The position numbers and the translations under genes were made by a program. A DNA stretch of 64,000 nt from Rhynchobatus australiae. Its lineage: Eukaryota. Each line of letters starts with the position of its first letter. Within the stretch, counting starts at the first letter, position 1. The stretch is from positions 81,699,779 to 81,763,778 of the forward strand of contig JAUZTB010000064.1 of the NCBI GenBank assembly GCA_034780895.1, given 5' to 3'. The notes under the pieces were generated by a model. That model had not been told where the DNA came from. It ran no database searches and saw only the letters and a list, made by a program, of their open reading frames with translations. Of this stretch, positions 12,240 to 25,500 are shown piece after piece.

Positions 12240-14533
12240 TAGGTGCCATATCTACACATGGCTGATGAGATGGTGCAGGAGGGAGGGCTTCAGATTTTTG
12301 CATCATTGGGCTCTCTTCCAGGGTAGGTGAGACCTGTACAAATGGGACAGGATTGCACCTGAACTGGAGGGGGACCAATATCCTTGTGGGAAGGTTTACT
12401 GGTGCTGCTTGGGGGGGTTTAAACTAGAGCTGCAGGGGGGTGGGAACCAGAATGGCAGGACAGCAAGTGGAGAGGCTGTGGGGAAAGTAGATGATAAGTC
12501 TACGAGAGAAGACAGGAATCAGGACTGGCAGCTATTTCAATGTGAGGTGTGTTGTAGGTGAGGCAGATGAACTTAGAGCATGGACCGGCACGTGGAATTA
12601 TAGTGTTGTAACCAGTAGTGAGATTTAGTTGCAGGAGGGACAGGACTGGCAGCTCAATGTTCTGGGGTTCCAATGTTTTAGACAAGATAGAGAGGGAAGT
12701 ATTAAGGGGGAGGGGTGGCATTACTCATCAGGGAAAATGTCACGGCAGTGCTCAGAGAGGACATACTGGAGGGATCATCTACAGAGGCAATATCGGTGGA
12801 ACTGAGGAATAAGAAAGGGGTGACCACATTATTGGGACTATACTATAGACCTCCCAATAGTCAGCGGGATTTAGAGGAACAAATTAGCAGAGAGTTAGCA
12901 AACAGTTGCAAGAAAAATAAGGTTGTGATAGTGGGTGATTTTAACTTTCCACATACATTGACTGGGACTCCCATACTGTAAAGGGATTGGATGGGATAAA
13001 TTTTGTCAAATGTGTTCAGGAAAGTTTCCTCAATCAATATGTTGACGTCCCAACGAGAGAGAGTGCGATACTGGATCTTCTCTTGGGGAACGAGACAGGG
13101 CAGGTGACAGAGGTGTGTGTAGGGGACACTTTGGATCTGGTGATCATAATTCCATTAGTTTCAAGATAATTATGGAGAAGGATAGGACTGGTCCTCGGTT
13201 GAGATTCTAAATTGGAGTAAGGCCAATTTTGATGGCATCAGAAGGGATCTGGCAGGTGTGGATTGGGATAGGCTGTTTTCCGGCTAAGAGATACTTGTTA
13301 AGCAGGAGGCTTTCAAAAGTGAAATATTGAGAGGACGGAATCTGTATGTTCATGTTTGAATAAAAGGCAAAGCTAACAGGTTTAATGAACTTTAGTTATT
13401 GAAGGATATTGAGGCCCTAGTAAACAAAAAGAAGGAGGTGCATATCAGGTATAGGCACTTAGGCTCAAATGAGGCGCTTGAAGAGCATAAGAAATGCAAG
13501 AGAACACTTAAGAGAGAAATCAGGAGGGCAAAAAGAGGACATGAGGTTGCCCTGGCAGAAGGGCAAAAGGGTAGCAAAGAACAAAATTTGTCCTCTTGAA
13601 GTTCAGCATGGTCATCCATGCATGGAGCCAGAAGAGCTGGAGGAGATCTTAAATAAAATTTTTGCATCCATCTTTACTCTGGAGACAGAGATAGAGACTA
13701 TAGAACTGAGGCAAATGAGTAATGAGGTCATGGACTGTAGCCAAATAACCGGAGAAGGAGTGCTGGCTGTCTTGAGGTGAATGAAGGTGGAGAAATCCCG
13801 AGGACCAGACAAGGTGTCCCCTTGGATATTGTGGGAGTCTAAGTGCAGAAATTACAGGAACTCTGGCAGAGATATTTAAAATGTCCTTAACCACAAATGA
13901 GGTGCAGGAGGACTGGAGGATAGCTAATGTTGTTCCATTGTTCAAGAAAGGCTCAAAGAATAATCCGGAAAATTATAGGCCAGTGAGCCTGACGTCAGCC
14001 GTGGGTAAGTTATTGGAAGGAATTCTAAAGGACAGGATATATAAGTATTTGGATAGACAGGGCCTGATGGGGATAGTCAACATGGCCTTGTGCGTGGCAG
14101 GCCATGTCTAACCAGTCTTATAGAGTTCTTCAAGGAGGTGACCAAGAATGTTGATGAAGGGAAGGCGGTGGATGTTGTCTACCTGGACTTTAGCAAGGCC
14201 TTTGACAAAGTCCCACATGGGAGGCTGCTCCAGAATGTTAAGTCACTTGGTATTCAGGATGAAGTAGCCAATTAGATTCAACATTGGCTTAGCGGGAGAA
14301 GCTAGAGAGTGGTAGTGGATGGTTGTCTCTCTGATTGGTGGCCTGTGAATAGTGGTGTGCCGCAGGGATCGCTACTGGGTTCACTGCGTTTATCATCTAT
14401 GTTAATGACTTAGATGATAATGTGGTAAACTGGATCAGAAAATTTGCGGATGACACCAAGATTGGGGCCATAGTGGACAGCGAGGAAGGCTATCAGAGCT
14501 TGCAGCATGATCTTGACCAGCTTGGAAAATGGG
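12240..14533 (+). mobile_element. CR1 LINE, long decayed copy (ORF1 end plus ORF2 endonuclease/RT)
   Basis: Frameshifted fragments: GLHLNWRGTNIL (ORF1 esterase-like end), GLYYRPPNS, VGDFNFP, ILDLLLGNE, DWRIANVVPLFKKG..NYRPVSLTS, DVVYLDFSKAFDKVPH, KFADDTKIG. Confidence 0.93.
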
Positions 14534-14829
14534 NNNNNNNNNNNNNNNNNNNNNNNNNNNNNNNNNNNNNNNNNNNNNNNNNNNNNNNNNNNNNNNNNNN
14601 NNNNNNNNNNNNNNNNNNNNNNNNNNNNNNNNNAAGATGTTTCTGATGATTGATTGCATTAAGTTCTTTCCCCTTGTTTCTCCATGATAATTAAACATCA
14701 TCGGGAAACTTGTTGCAGGGCTGCGTCTATTCCATTGCCTGGAGATACACTGAACTAATGCTGGGCAGTTTGTCCCTTTGAGGAAGAACTTGGTTAAGCA
14801 TCTTCCTATAAAAACTTAGATGAGACTGG

Positions 14830-15095
14830 AAAGGATTTGTCACTTTACTTATCCCAATACACCTATTTTTACCTTCACACCATCATTAGTTTTGTAATTT
14901 AGCCTCTCCTCCTTGCCACCTTGTTGCAACTTATTCCTTCTGTTCTTTCTCTCCTGCTCTGTACTTGTTTATAATTGTTTGTTTCTAATACTGTCCCGTT
15001 CTGATGAAAATTCATCATCCTGAAGTATTAACTCTGTTCCTCTTTCCACACCTGGTGCCTGAATCTTTCGTTGTTTGCAACATTTTCTGCTCTTT
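14830..15095 (+). mobile_element. Old Penelope-derived terminus
   Basis: Pyrimidine tract, then GTT-CTGATGA...GAAGTATT-AAC, then TCTGTTCCTCTTTCCACA. Confidence 0.55.
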
Positions 15096-15289
15096 CCATC
15101 CTCTGGACTATTAATAGTTTGACTTCAAGCAATCATGATGTCCATCTGGCCTTCAAATATCAGGAAAAATCTTATAATAGCTCAGGATGCCATCTGTCCT
15201 GTACCTGATTCTTTTTCCATGCCCATAAATGTTCTTCTAATGAAAAGTGCTTAGGTTCCTGCTTAGGAAGTATGAATTAGAAGTAAAGC

Positions 15290-18200
15290 TAATCAGGAAT
15301 GTTAAAATCATAATAAGTGTTTTTACATACATACATAATATGTAAACAAAGAGGTAACAAAATGGGAATTGGTTTTATAGAAAGTGACACTGGAGGATTA
15401 ATACTGGAAAACAAGGATATAGCAGATGTATTAAGCAGGTATTTTGCATAAATCTTCACTACAAAGGAGACAAGTAACATCAGGAATTGAAGGTAAGGGA
15501 GGAATACAGGAAAATTATAATCCCCAGAAAAGTTGCACAGAGCAAATGTTTGAAGCTATGGACTAAAAAATCCACAGATTCTTATGGATTACATCTTCAA
15601 GCCTTAAAAGAAGTGGCCAGTGAGATAGTTATTGTATTTTCCAAGATTCCTTAAATTCAGGGACGTTTCCATTACGTTGGAAAGAAGCATATGTAATTGC
15701 TTTACCCATAAAGGTGTGGAGACAGAAAGCAAGAAACTGCAGGAGAGTTATCTTTACATCTGTTTCTAAATGTTAAAAACTGTTGTTAAAGACAATGTAG
15801 CAGAGCTCCTGGAAGAAGTCATGGTAATCATGCAAAATTGACATAGTTTTGTGAATGGGAAATTATGTTTGACCAATTTATCTGAGTTCCTTGAAGAAAG
15901 AATATATGCTGTGGATGAAGAGGAATTGATGATTTCGATTCACCTGAATGCAAAAAGGTCATTATTATAAAAAGTCATGATTTATTCTTCCATGGTGTAG
16001 AATTAGCATCAGTTTGGGTCAAGCTAAGAAGGACAGAAAGCATCAGGTAGGAGTTGGTTATTGTCTCTTTGGAAAGTACAGGCTTTTTAAGGTAAGGACA
16101 CCAAAACCGTACATAATGCTCCAGAAGCAGTCTCACCAAGGCTCTATATAATTGCAGTAAAACATATTTAATCCTGTACTCAAATCTTCAAAGCCAATAT
16201 ACCATTTCCCTTCCTAAATGCAGTTGTAATATTGGGTATGGCATAAATTAGGAAATTAGAAAAGGATGGAACAGGGGTTAAGCAGTAATTATGGGGACCT
16301 TTAATCTACAATATAGAAGGGACAAGTCCAATCAGCAGTGGCTAGCATTGGCTAGCATTTAAAGAAATGATACATAAATCGCAGAAAAATCTATCTCCTT
16401 AAGTCACAAAAAAAACCTACAGGAAAAGTGGTCCATCCTTGGCTGACAGGAGAAATTAAGAAATCCAAGGAAGAGGCTTATAAAGTTACCAGAAATAACA
16501 GCAGGCCTGGGGATTGGGAGCATCTTAGAACTCAGTGAAGGAGGACCAAGAAATTGATAAAGAAATGTAGAATATGAGAGTAAACTGGCAAGAGACGTAC
16601 AGGCAGACTGGGAGAGCTTCAATAGGCATATAAAAAGGAAAAGGCTAGTGAGCGCAAATGTGTGTCCCTTCTAAGAAGAGGAGGGAGAATTTATACTGGG
16701 GAATAAGGAAAAGGTCACAGGAATTTAACAACTACCTTGTGGCTATCTCCACAGAAGACACAAAGACTACCAAAAATACCAGAGAAACAAGGTTCTAGTG
16801 AGAATGGAAAACTGAATTATTGGCTATTATTAAAAAAAATGTTCTAGGTAAATTTGGTGAGACTAAAAGCTGATAAATCACAAGGACCTGAACATCTACA
16901 TCCTGGAGTTTTGAAAGAAGTGGCTATTGAAACAATGAATTCTCTGCTTATCATCTCCCAAAATTCTATAAATTCTGGAATTGTTTCTGTGGATTGAATG
17001 ATAGGAAATGTGACCGTGCTATTTAAGGAAGGAGAGAGAAAACAGGGAACTACAGGCTTGTTAGCCTAACATCAGTGTGAGGGAAAATGCTGGAACCTAC
17101 ATTGAAGGATGTAATAACAAATGCTGACAAAACAAAATAGGACTAAACACAGTCAGTGTGGATTTATGAAAGAAAAATCATTATTTGACTAACCTACTGA
17201 AGTTCTTTGAGGATGTGAATAGATTAAGGGGAATCAGTGGATGTGGTGTATTTGGATTTTCAGAAGGCTGCAAATAAAGTCTAGTACGGGAGATTGGTCA
17301 ACAAGGTTGCAGCACATAGAATTGGGGCTAATTTACTCTTGTGGGTTGAGAATGGTTAAGGGACAGAAGGTAAATAGTGGGAATAGACAGATTTCATGTT
17401 TGCAGGTTGTGACTAGAGGAGCACTGCAGGAATTGGTGCTTGGCTCCAGCTATTCACGACCTTTATCAACAATTCGGCTGAGAGGACCAAGCGTCACATT
17501 TCCAAGTTTGCTGGTGATACAAAACTAGGTGGAATTGTGAGTAGGGAGAAAGATGTAAAGAGGCTTTAAGAGGATAAAAACAAGATGGGCAAGAACATGG
17601 CAGATGGAATACAATGCAGAAGGAATTGAGATTATCCACTTTGGTACAAAGAAAGAGGTATGGTATTTTGTTTTCAATTGTGAGAGATTGGGTAATGTTC
17701 ATGTTCAACAGGACCAAGGTATCCTTGTATACAAGTCAATGAAAGCAAACAAGGTTGTGCAGCAAGCAATTAGGCAGGCAAATTGTATAATAGCTTTGAA
17801 GATTTGAGTACTGGATTAAAGATATTTTACTGCAATTATATAGGGCCTTGGGAAGACTGCTTCTGGAGTATTATGTACAGTTTTGGTGTCCTTATAAAAA
17901 AGCTTGTACATTCCAAAGAGAACGTGCAGTGAAGATTTATTGGACCATTTCCGAGCATGGCAGAGTTTTTGTATGAGGAGCAATGCAGGAGACTACTTTT
18001 GTATTCTCTGGATTTTAGAAGAACAAGAGGAGATCTAGAACCAGGAATTACTGTCTCAGAATAAGAGGGAAGCCATTCAGGACTGCAACAAGGAGAAATC
18101 TCTTCATGTGGAGAGCTGTTGACACCCNNNNNNNNNNNNNNNNNNNNNNNNNNNNNNNNNNNNNNNNNNNNNNNNNNNNNNNNNNNNNNNNNNNNNNNNN

Positions 18201-18380
18201 NNNNNNNNNNNNNNNNNNNNNNNNNNNCAGTCACAGAATTCATTCAAAAATTAGATTAATAGATTTCTGGATATCATTGGATATGGAGATAGTGCAGGAA
18301 ATGGTAGTGGTAGAAGATCAGCAATGACCTTTATGAATCACTAAGCAGGTTCAAAGGGCTCCTATTGCTTATGTTTCTTA
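15290..18380 (+). mobile_element. Cluster of old CR1 ORF2 fragments with a short inverted piece at ~16030-16220
   Basis: Degenerate RT-region sequence (GATGTGGTGTATTTGGATTTTCAGAAGGC, AAGTTTGCTGGTGATACAAAACTAGG, EIIHFG) with many stops. Confidence 0.82.
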
Positions 18381-20109
18381 TGTAAATGTGGCCAGTTAGA
18401 CACAAAAATCTGCAATTTGTGTGGCAACGCTACCCTACCCTCTGATTCCCCACTGTAATACATCAATAGCATGAAGCTGCTGCCCTCTTTGATCAACACC
18501 ACAAGCCCACAAAAGGTTATTTTACTTTCTGTATCTGATTGCATATTGAGTCCAATATTTTGACAATTCTAGTTCAGACTTTGCACTGACTTTACTCTGA
18601 TAAAAGGTCATTGACCCCAATATTTGATGTTTCCCTTGCTACACCCACTGCCTGGCCTGCTAAGCAATTTCAGCACTTGTTTTTATTTCAGACTTTGAAC
18701 TCATTGTTAATGATTCTTCAGTCTGATTGGTTAAGGTTTTCACACGATCATCGGATACTTGGTCAGGGGTAATACACTTTTTGGATGCTTGCTTGGGAAT
18801 AACTTACTGTGCAAAAGCGCTTAAAAAGTCTGTATGTAAGTGCACATCCGAGCCAATGGCTTTGGTGGGTTTTAGAACATACTACACGAGTTTGTTCTTC
18901 AAGTTTAACATTATCTGACATGGCAGAATGTCAATATTTTTATGCATCTTATTGACATTTACAACAACAATAGATTTAACTATTTTAAAAGGGTATTAAT
19001 AACTACAAAAACAATGAAGGTCTGCAGTGACAACCAGAAAACCATCAACATATTGCTGTGAAAATAGTGGGCTTAACCTTTCAAATGGTCATCATCAGCT
19101 GCTGAATTCCCTTAAAACTGTTGTATTTCAAGTAACCAATCACTTTTTAAATAGTATTTGCAGACTCCAGTTCAAGACAATGTGCCAGGAATTGTCTACT
19201 TCAACCATTCTCTGGATAAAGTTATTTTTTCGACTTCCTGTCACTGTCTGCACAGCCAGTGGAAATGGCCTATCTCATTCTCCCTTGCTGTAACACTTCA
19301 TGATCTCGAAAACTTTTACCTAGGTTATTCTTTGTTTTTAAATTAGCTCCGGGGAATAAAAATCTAACTGGTCCCCATCTTCGCTGCTGACCTATGAGAA
19401 AGGATCACGCTTAGCTGTGCGGATCTCCTGAAGCCGGCTTGTTAGACAGATCCAGCACAAGCTCAATAATGAGGCTAGCACTGTGGTAGAGTGTTCCACT
19501 TATAAATCCTGTTGCACAGGATGGGTGGTAGCGGCAGAACAAACTGCCCATCAACACTGGAAAAAAACTGTGGTGGGCAGCTAAATCATGTCACTGACTT
19601 AGCTGGCTGTCAATAACTTGGAATATTTCTGAATGGCAAACATTCAAAAACTATTTTAAAAAACATTAAAAATGAAAATAATTAAAAGGAAAAAAAAAGT
19701 CAAAACAATTTAAGGANNNNNNNNNNNNNNNNNNNNNNNNNNNNNNNNNNNNNNNNNNNNNNNNNNNNNNNNNNNNNNNNNNNNNNNNNNNNNNNNNNNN
19801 NNNNNNNNNNGAGTGCAGTGGGAAAATGTTGGCACATTGCTTCTGGGATTTCAGTGTTCACACACATGTATGCATGGAATTGCTAGTATTTCCAGGAAAA
19901 TTGGGTCTTCCAATTCTTAGGGATAAAGTCCATGAAACTATTCATTGTGTGTTATTAGTAACCATTCAGAAAGAAGATGGTTGTACCCAGGGTTCATTAT
20001 TGATTAGCAGAACATTATGTTTCACTGCCCATAAAGGTAACTTACTTATAATCAGCCAAATTATCCTGGTAAACGTCTCAAGTGCACCCTAATATGCTGT
20101 TACATCATT

Positions 20110-20700
20110 AGGTCGTAAGACATAGAAACAGAATTACACCATTCAGCCCATCAAGTCTGTTCCACCATTCAATCATGGCTGATTTTGTTTTTCAACCCCA
20201 TTCTCCCTGTAACCCTTAACCCCCTTGCCAATCACGAACCTATCCATCTCTGCTTTAAATACACCCAATGGCTTGGCCTCCACAACCCTCTGTGGGAACA
20301 AATTCCACAGATTCACCACCCTCTGACTGAGGAAATTCCTCCTCATCTCAGTTCTAAAGTGACGTGCCTTTATCCTGAGGCTGTGGCCTCGGATCCCAGA
20401 CTCTCCCACTAATGGAAACATCCTCTCCACGTCCACTCTATTCAGGCCTTTCAGTATCCGGTAGATTTCAATGACACCCCCTTATCCGTCTGAACTCAAT
20501 GGAGTTTGATGTCTTTTGAGTACAGGCTCAAGAGACATCAAACACTCCCAAGTTAGGCCTTTCATTCCTGGAGTCATTCTTGTGAACCTCCTCTGGACCT
20601 CTCCTGCAGATTCCCTGCCTCTGCGACGCCATCTGTTCCTCCACCTATCTTGGTATCATCTGCAAACTGGGCCACAATGACATCAGTTTCCTCAGCCACA
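20110..20700 (-). mobile_element. CR1 LINE 3' fragment(s)
   Basis: DVERMFPLVGES.IRGHSLRIK..FRTEMRRNFLSQRVVNLWN. Confidence 0.9.
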
Positions 20701-20844
20701 TCACAAGACCATGATTACTAATGCAGGAAAAACACGTAGGCCAGTGCTGACACTCATCATTTTTATTGTCTGCAGCAGTAAGTGGTTTGCAAGCTTCAAT
20801 GTCATGATTTCTGGTTGAGAACAAATCTCAAGAACACATTTAAC

Positions 20845-22463
20845 CGTGAGAAGTATGGCAATTAATTTATTTCACATACTGTACTACTGGCTGATTTGTG
20901 AGAAGCCATGCAATGTGTTTCACATCACTGTCTGGAAAAGACTTGGAATGGCTATGAAAAACGTATTGAATAAGTACAGCTGTGACCATAGCCAAGTTGT
21001 GATTGAACACTGAAAAGTCATTGTCCTCTGAATAAAAAAAAGTTGGCGTTACAATCAAGCATGAGCAATATTATCCATTACAAAAAAAAACATTTTGTCA
21101 GGTGCAGCGACAAAGCTTAAAATAAGTAAAACCTGGATCTGACAACAGCCGGAAGATGAAGATTCCCAACACATCTTCCAGCTCATGGCCCGCTCTCCAG
21201 AAAGTTAGTATCTGGTACAGTGGTGTACATACAGCTCAGTGTATTGAGAAATCAGAATATTTTAAAAGGAAAAGAGAAAAGCAAGTGTTGAAGTTTTAGA
21301 TTTTACCCAACTGATCCAATGCATTAGCAAACCCACATAAATAAGGCTCTGTGGGTGGAGCTGTGCACAACTGCACTGTAAACTGCTTTTCCAATACTAC
21401 AATTAACATCACATTACACAGACAGAGATGGGAACTCTCTGCAAACAGCTGAGCTTCAGTTGTAAGGTGTACCAATTTTGACTTCCTTCATTCACGGAGG
21501 GCACTTCAGATACAAATCAGTGTTCTACATTTTCCGCAGACCCTGGCCATCTAAAGTTGCATTTTCAATGTAGTCCGACCTCGGTATAAATAATGGGAGA
21601 ACTGAAGGACTCATGCCCTCCTGCCAAGGTGAGCCATGCCGAGTGGTTTTCAGAGGTCAATAATATCTACCAGCTGTACAGAAGGGTAATTACCCAGCTA
21701 CCGGGGGTCATGTCTAACCATCAAACATTAGGACAAAAATGCATATGTATAAATTCCTTTAGCTTACCAACATCATTTTGAAAAGTGTAAGTTACTGACA
21801 ATTTGGCGTGAGTTAAAAGAAGTGGAAACTCATCATCAATCAAAGTTACTTTGAAAGAAGTGTTCAATTGTCAGCGTATGGTTCAGAAATGATTGTTCAA
21901 CTCCAGCTTTCTCTGTTCCAGGTGACCCTAAGTCCTTCATTGTTAATAGAAAAGCAAAAACTCAGTAGATTACAATCACTTTTTGTGATATGGGTTGTAT
22001 TTCTCTCCAAAAGTTATTTTCTTACAAAATTAGACTTTTTCCCCTACACAATAGAACCATGACAGGTTAGTGTATGTACAGAATCTTATACTTCAAAATT
22101 ATAAATAGTAGTAATTCTCTGATGTTATTGGCAAGGCTACAAAATGTTTTCTTATTGCTTTTAAAATATCTTTAATGCAGAGATCTTTTGCTCTGCTGTC
22201 TTCCTTCAAAGGGTCCTTCAAAAAAAGCATTTCAAATGTCACTTTTGAAAGGATCCTTCTCTCTCTCCATGGGAATTTTCAAGTGTAGTGCTGTTGCAGA
22301 GTTGCATGTAGTTACGTTCCCACAAGGAGTATCTTCTGCCCGAACCATGCTAGCCATTGCTTCTTTAAAATCTGGACTCTGATAGCACTTTAAATATGCT
22401 GTCTTCTATATCCTTGTTTATTGTTTACTATTAAAACCTGAAAAAATATCCCTTATTTTCTTT
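20845..22463 (-). other. shroom3: Probable SHROOM3 3' UTR (~1.6 kb)
   Basis: Repeat-poor stretch after the stop codon with U-rich tracts on the minus strand, ending at an AATAAA followed by GU-rich sequence. Confidence 0.55.
20866..20871 (-). terminator. Candidate polyadenylation signal AATAAA
   Basis: TTTATT on + strand. On the minus strand it is followed ~25-45 nt later by ATGTGTTCTTGAGATTTGTTCT, resembling a GU/U-rich downstream element. Confidence 0.55.
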
Positions 22464-22900
22464 TCAAAGGGAAGAGGTAAATTTTTGCAGTGAGGTGCTA
22501 GGCTGGGAGTGGCTGATGGGTGAGGGAGCAGTCCTTTGTGATACAAAATCAGCAGGCAGGCTTTCCAACAAACACTTGAGCTGCTCCTCACCCAGCTTGA
22601 TCTTGTCATCCAGCTCCCGCTGCTCCATCAGCAGGGCTGCCTTCATCTTCACAAAGTGCTGGTAGTCTTCGAGTTGTTCNNNNNNNNNNNNNNNNNNNNN
22701 NNNNNNNNNNNNNNNNNNNNNNNNNNNNNNNNNNNNNNNNNNNNNNNNNNNNNNNNNNNNNNNNNNNNNNNNNNNNNNNCTGTCAAGTAGTTCTCCAGGA
22801 TATCCAGGACCACGCCTGCCCTGCGATCCAGGTTCTCTTTCAGTTCCTTCGCATCCTCATGCTGACTGGTCAGAAGTCTTCGCTTTTCATTCAACAGATT
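22464..22900 (-). CDS. shroom3: SHROOM3 terminal coding exon (ASD2 C-terminus to stop), interrupted by a 100-N gap
   Basis: [27 protein letters not shown]...YLT[gap][41 protein letters not shown]...FTSSL*. Acceptor tgtttcAG at 22902-22901; TGA at 22466-22464. Confidence 0.95.
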
Positions 22901-23339
22901 CTGAAACATCAGACATACGATTATAGTTTCAACACTGAGATACTTAAAATGAGTATTTTTGAGAAATGATTTCCTCTTGCCTAATTTTCTCCCCTTGTTT
23001 TTGCTTGCTGTGACTAAGATTTTTGGACATTTTTTGACCTCTATTAGTTTATCAATACGACCTTTGTTCTGGTGCAAGTGGCCATGAGAGCACATCAAAG
23101 ACAGTACCAATGTTATGCTCAACTGACAGTCACACACTTTCAATCTGTCAGTGGTTGATAATACAGAAGAAGTAAGCCAGGCCCCTCTAAGTTATGGGTG
23201 TTGAGACTAGCTCTACTTATATATGTGTCATTGCCACACTGAGACAGACTACTTTGGGAAACTAATGCTCTCAATGTCTCACTCTTCTCACTAGAACTCT
23301 TTTCCTTTAAAAAATTGGCCCTCAAAGCTACTGATATTA

Positions 23340-23502
23340 ATAGACACACAAGGGACTGCAAGATGCTGGAATCTGAAGCAAAAAATAAACAGTGGGAAGA
23401 ACTCAGTCCTGATGCAGGGTCTCGACCCAAAACATTGACCATCCATTTGCCTCCACAGATGCTGCTTGACCTGCCGAGTTCCAGCAATTTGTTTTTTGCT
23501 AC
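23340..23502. mobile_element. Penelope-derived inverted (head-to-head) element with hammerhead motif
   Basis: GATGCTGGAATCTG..AGCAAAAAA arm, then CAGTC-CTGATGCA-GGGT-CTCG-ACCC-AAAAC, then the complementary arm ending TTTTTTGCT. Confidence 0.75.
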
Positions 23503-23984
23503 TGGTAATAATGTATTCGTTGTTTTGTTTTTCAGTTTTAAGGGACAACATTCCCCTTTCGGGTTCATTCATCCAATAGCCCTTTCAAGACCAATCCTCT
23601 GATGGTTTGATGGTTTCTCATACATTTCATTGGTTTAAGCTACCATTTTACCCATTGGTACTGAGGGTCACTAACTCCCAGGCTGGATAGTTAGGTGGCA
23701 TTTCCTAACAAATGGAAGAGCTGACTGGCCCACCATTTTATCTCATGAGAATGTGCCTTCTAATTTGCCGTACTGGAGGTGGTTAGGGTAGCTTGCTCAG
23801 GAATATCAAATGTAGCACCTTCCTAGAGCTGCTCCTGGAGGTTTTTTTTGTGTTAAAATTCATTGTTGGCTTCCTTAGTATACAGCACAGTTGGGAACTG
23901 AACCTTACAGCTCAGGAAAGATTCAGGTTTGTGAAAACTAGTCTGTGAAGAATTAGCCAATTTCACCAGGGTTGGAGTGGTCAG

Positions 23985-24308
23985 AGTCATAAGAGAGATA
24001 CAGCATAGAACCAGGCCATTCAGCCCACCAAATCCATGCTAACCATCAGCCTCTCATTTTACATTAGCCCCACATTCTCATCATCTCAGGTTGTACAGAT
24101 CACCTACACACTGGGGCAATTTACGGTGGCCAAATTCATCTACCAACCTGCACATTTTCAGATGTGGGATGGAACCTCAGCACCCAGAGGAAACCTACAC
24201 GGTTAGAAGAAGAACATGCAAACTCCACGCAGACAGCACCTAAAGTCAGGATTGAAACCGGCTCTCTGGTGCTATGAGGCAGCAGCTCTCTAGATGCACC
24301 ACTATGCT
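23985..24308 (-). mobile_element. V-SINE (HE1-like) with CR1-type tail
   Basis: Reverse complement has a tRNA-like head (GTTTCAATCCTG B-box), a V-domain and a CR1-like 3' tail. Confidence 0.75.
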
Positions 24309-24775
24309 ATTGGGGAAATCTACAGTGGGGTTCAGTAAAGCAGACAAGAGGAAGTAATATTAGTCAGGGCTCTGCAACATGTCTAATGTTGAAAAGGCTG
24401 AGGAGAGTATTTGATATTATTACATTCTATCCTAATGGTGTACTAACACTCATTATTAATGCTTTTCCATGATGAACAACTATGTTATCTCAATACACAG
24501 GATACCCCCTTTCAAGCTGTGCCCCAAATGAATCTAAAATCAAATGCAGTACTTATGGTCAGCTATACGTTATCTGCTAAATTTATCTTCAGCCCATGGA
24601 TGAAACATCTTCTGTTGATGAATACCATAGTCATTTAAACAACTACCCTGAGCCAGAAATATTTTATATTTTAATCCTCTAGTACTTGACAGCTTCTGAG
24701 TCATATGAACTAGAATCCTCTCTATAGATTTTACCAATTCAGAGGCATCATGAGTTAAACCATCAGATTACGTAC

Positions 24776-25048
24776 ACGCTCCTCCGTGTTCGCATTTTCA
24801 TCCAAAGTCTTCAAGACATTTTCCACTCGTGCCAAACGACCAGAGAGGGAAAGCAGCAAGTTCACGACCTTATCCAAATCACCAATGAACATCTTGTACT
24901 TCTCAAATTCGTTGGACTTGCATAAGCCTTTAATCACGATCTCCACTTCCTCACCCAGAGCACTATTTAGTTTAACGTCAGCTGCTAGGCTCTCCTTGGC
25001 TTCACGCAGGGTTTGAATTTTATGTGTTATGCTTTCAATTAGCTCAGT
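24776..25048 (-). CDS. shroom3: SHROOM3 ASD2 core exon (273 bp)
   Basis: [18 protein letters not shown]...[31 protein letters not shown]...EER. Acceptor tttctttcatAG at 25050-25049; donor CGT|GTACGT at 24775; exactly 91 codons. Confidence 0.96.
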
Positions 25049-25274
25049 CTATGAAAGAAAAATAAAACTGAATTAAGTTAGTGAAAGTTGGAAGCCCTAA
25101 CCTTCCTCCTGAAACCATTTGCTAAAAGTTCAAAGAACATAACTAATTGTGAACATTTTTACTCAATCACTACGTGTCACAATAGACAAAACAGGTCCTT
25201 CTACATTACAATGTGATCACAAACAATGCAACCTGATTTCAGCAACAGAGCTGCAATCTGAATGAGATGAGCTA

Positions 25275-25500
25275 TTAGAACCATAGAACCCTACAGCACA
25301 AAGAGGCCATTCGGCCCTTCTACCCTGTGCCGAAACGTTATTCCACTGCTCCCATTTACCTGCACCCAATCCATAACCCTCCAGACCTCTCTGGTCCATG
25401 TATCTATCCGATTTATTCTTAAAACTTAAGAGTGAGCCTACATTTACTATATCAGATGGCAGCCCATTCCACACTCCCACCACTCTGAGTGAAGAAGCTA
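25275..25500 (-). mobile_element. CR1 3' terminal fragment
   Basis: LRVVGVWNGLP...FKNKSDRYMD and a TAGAACCA repeat tail. Confidence 0.8.

Noticed and set aside
12240-14533. Possible active or domesticated reverse transcriptase
   Set aside because: Multiple frameshifts and stops, and it ends at a gap.
22417-22422. AATAAA (minus strand) ~40 nt after the stop codon
   Set aside because: No clear GU-rich downstream element; the 20866 site fits better, though minor use cannot be excluded.
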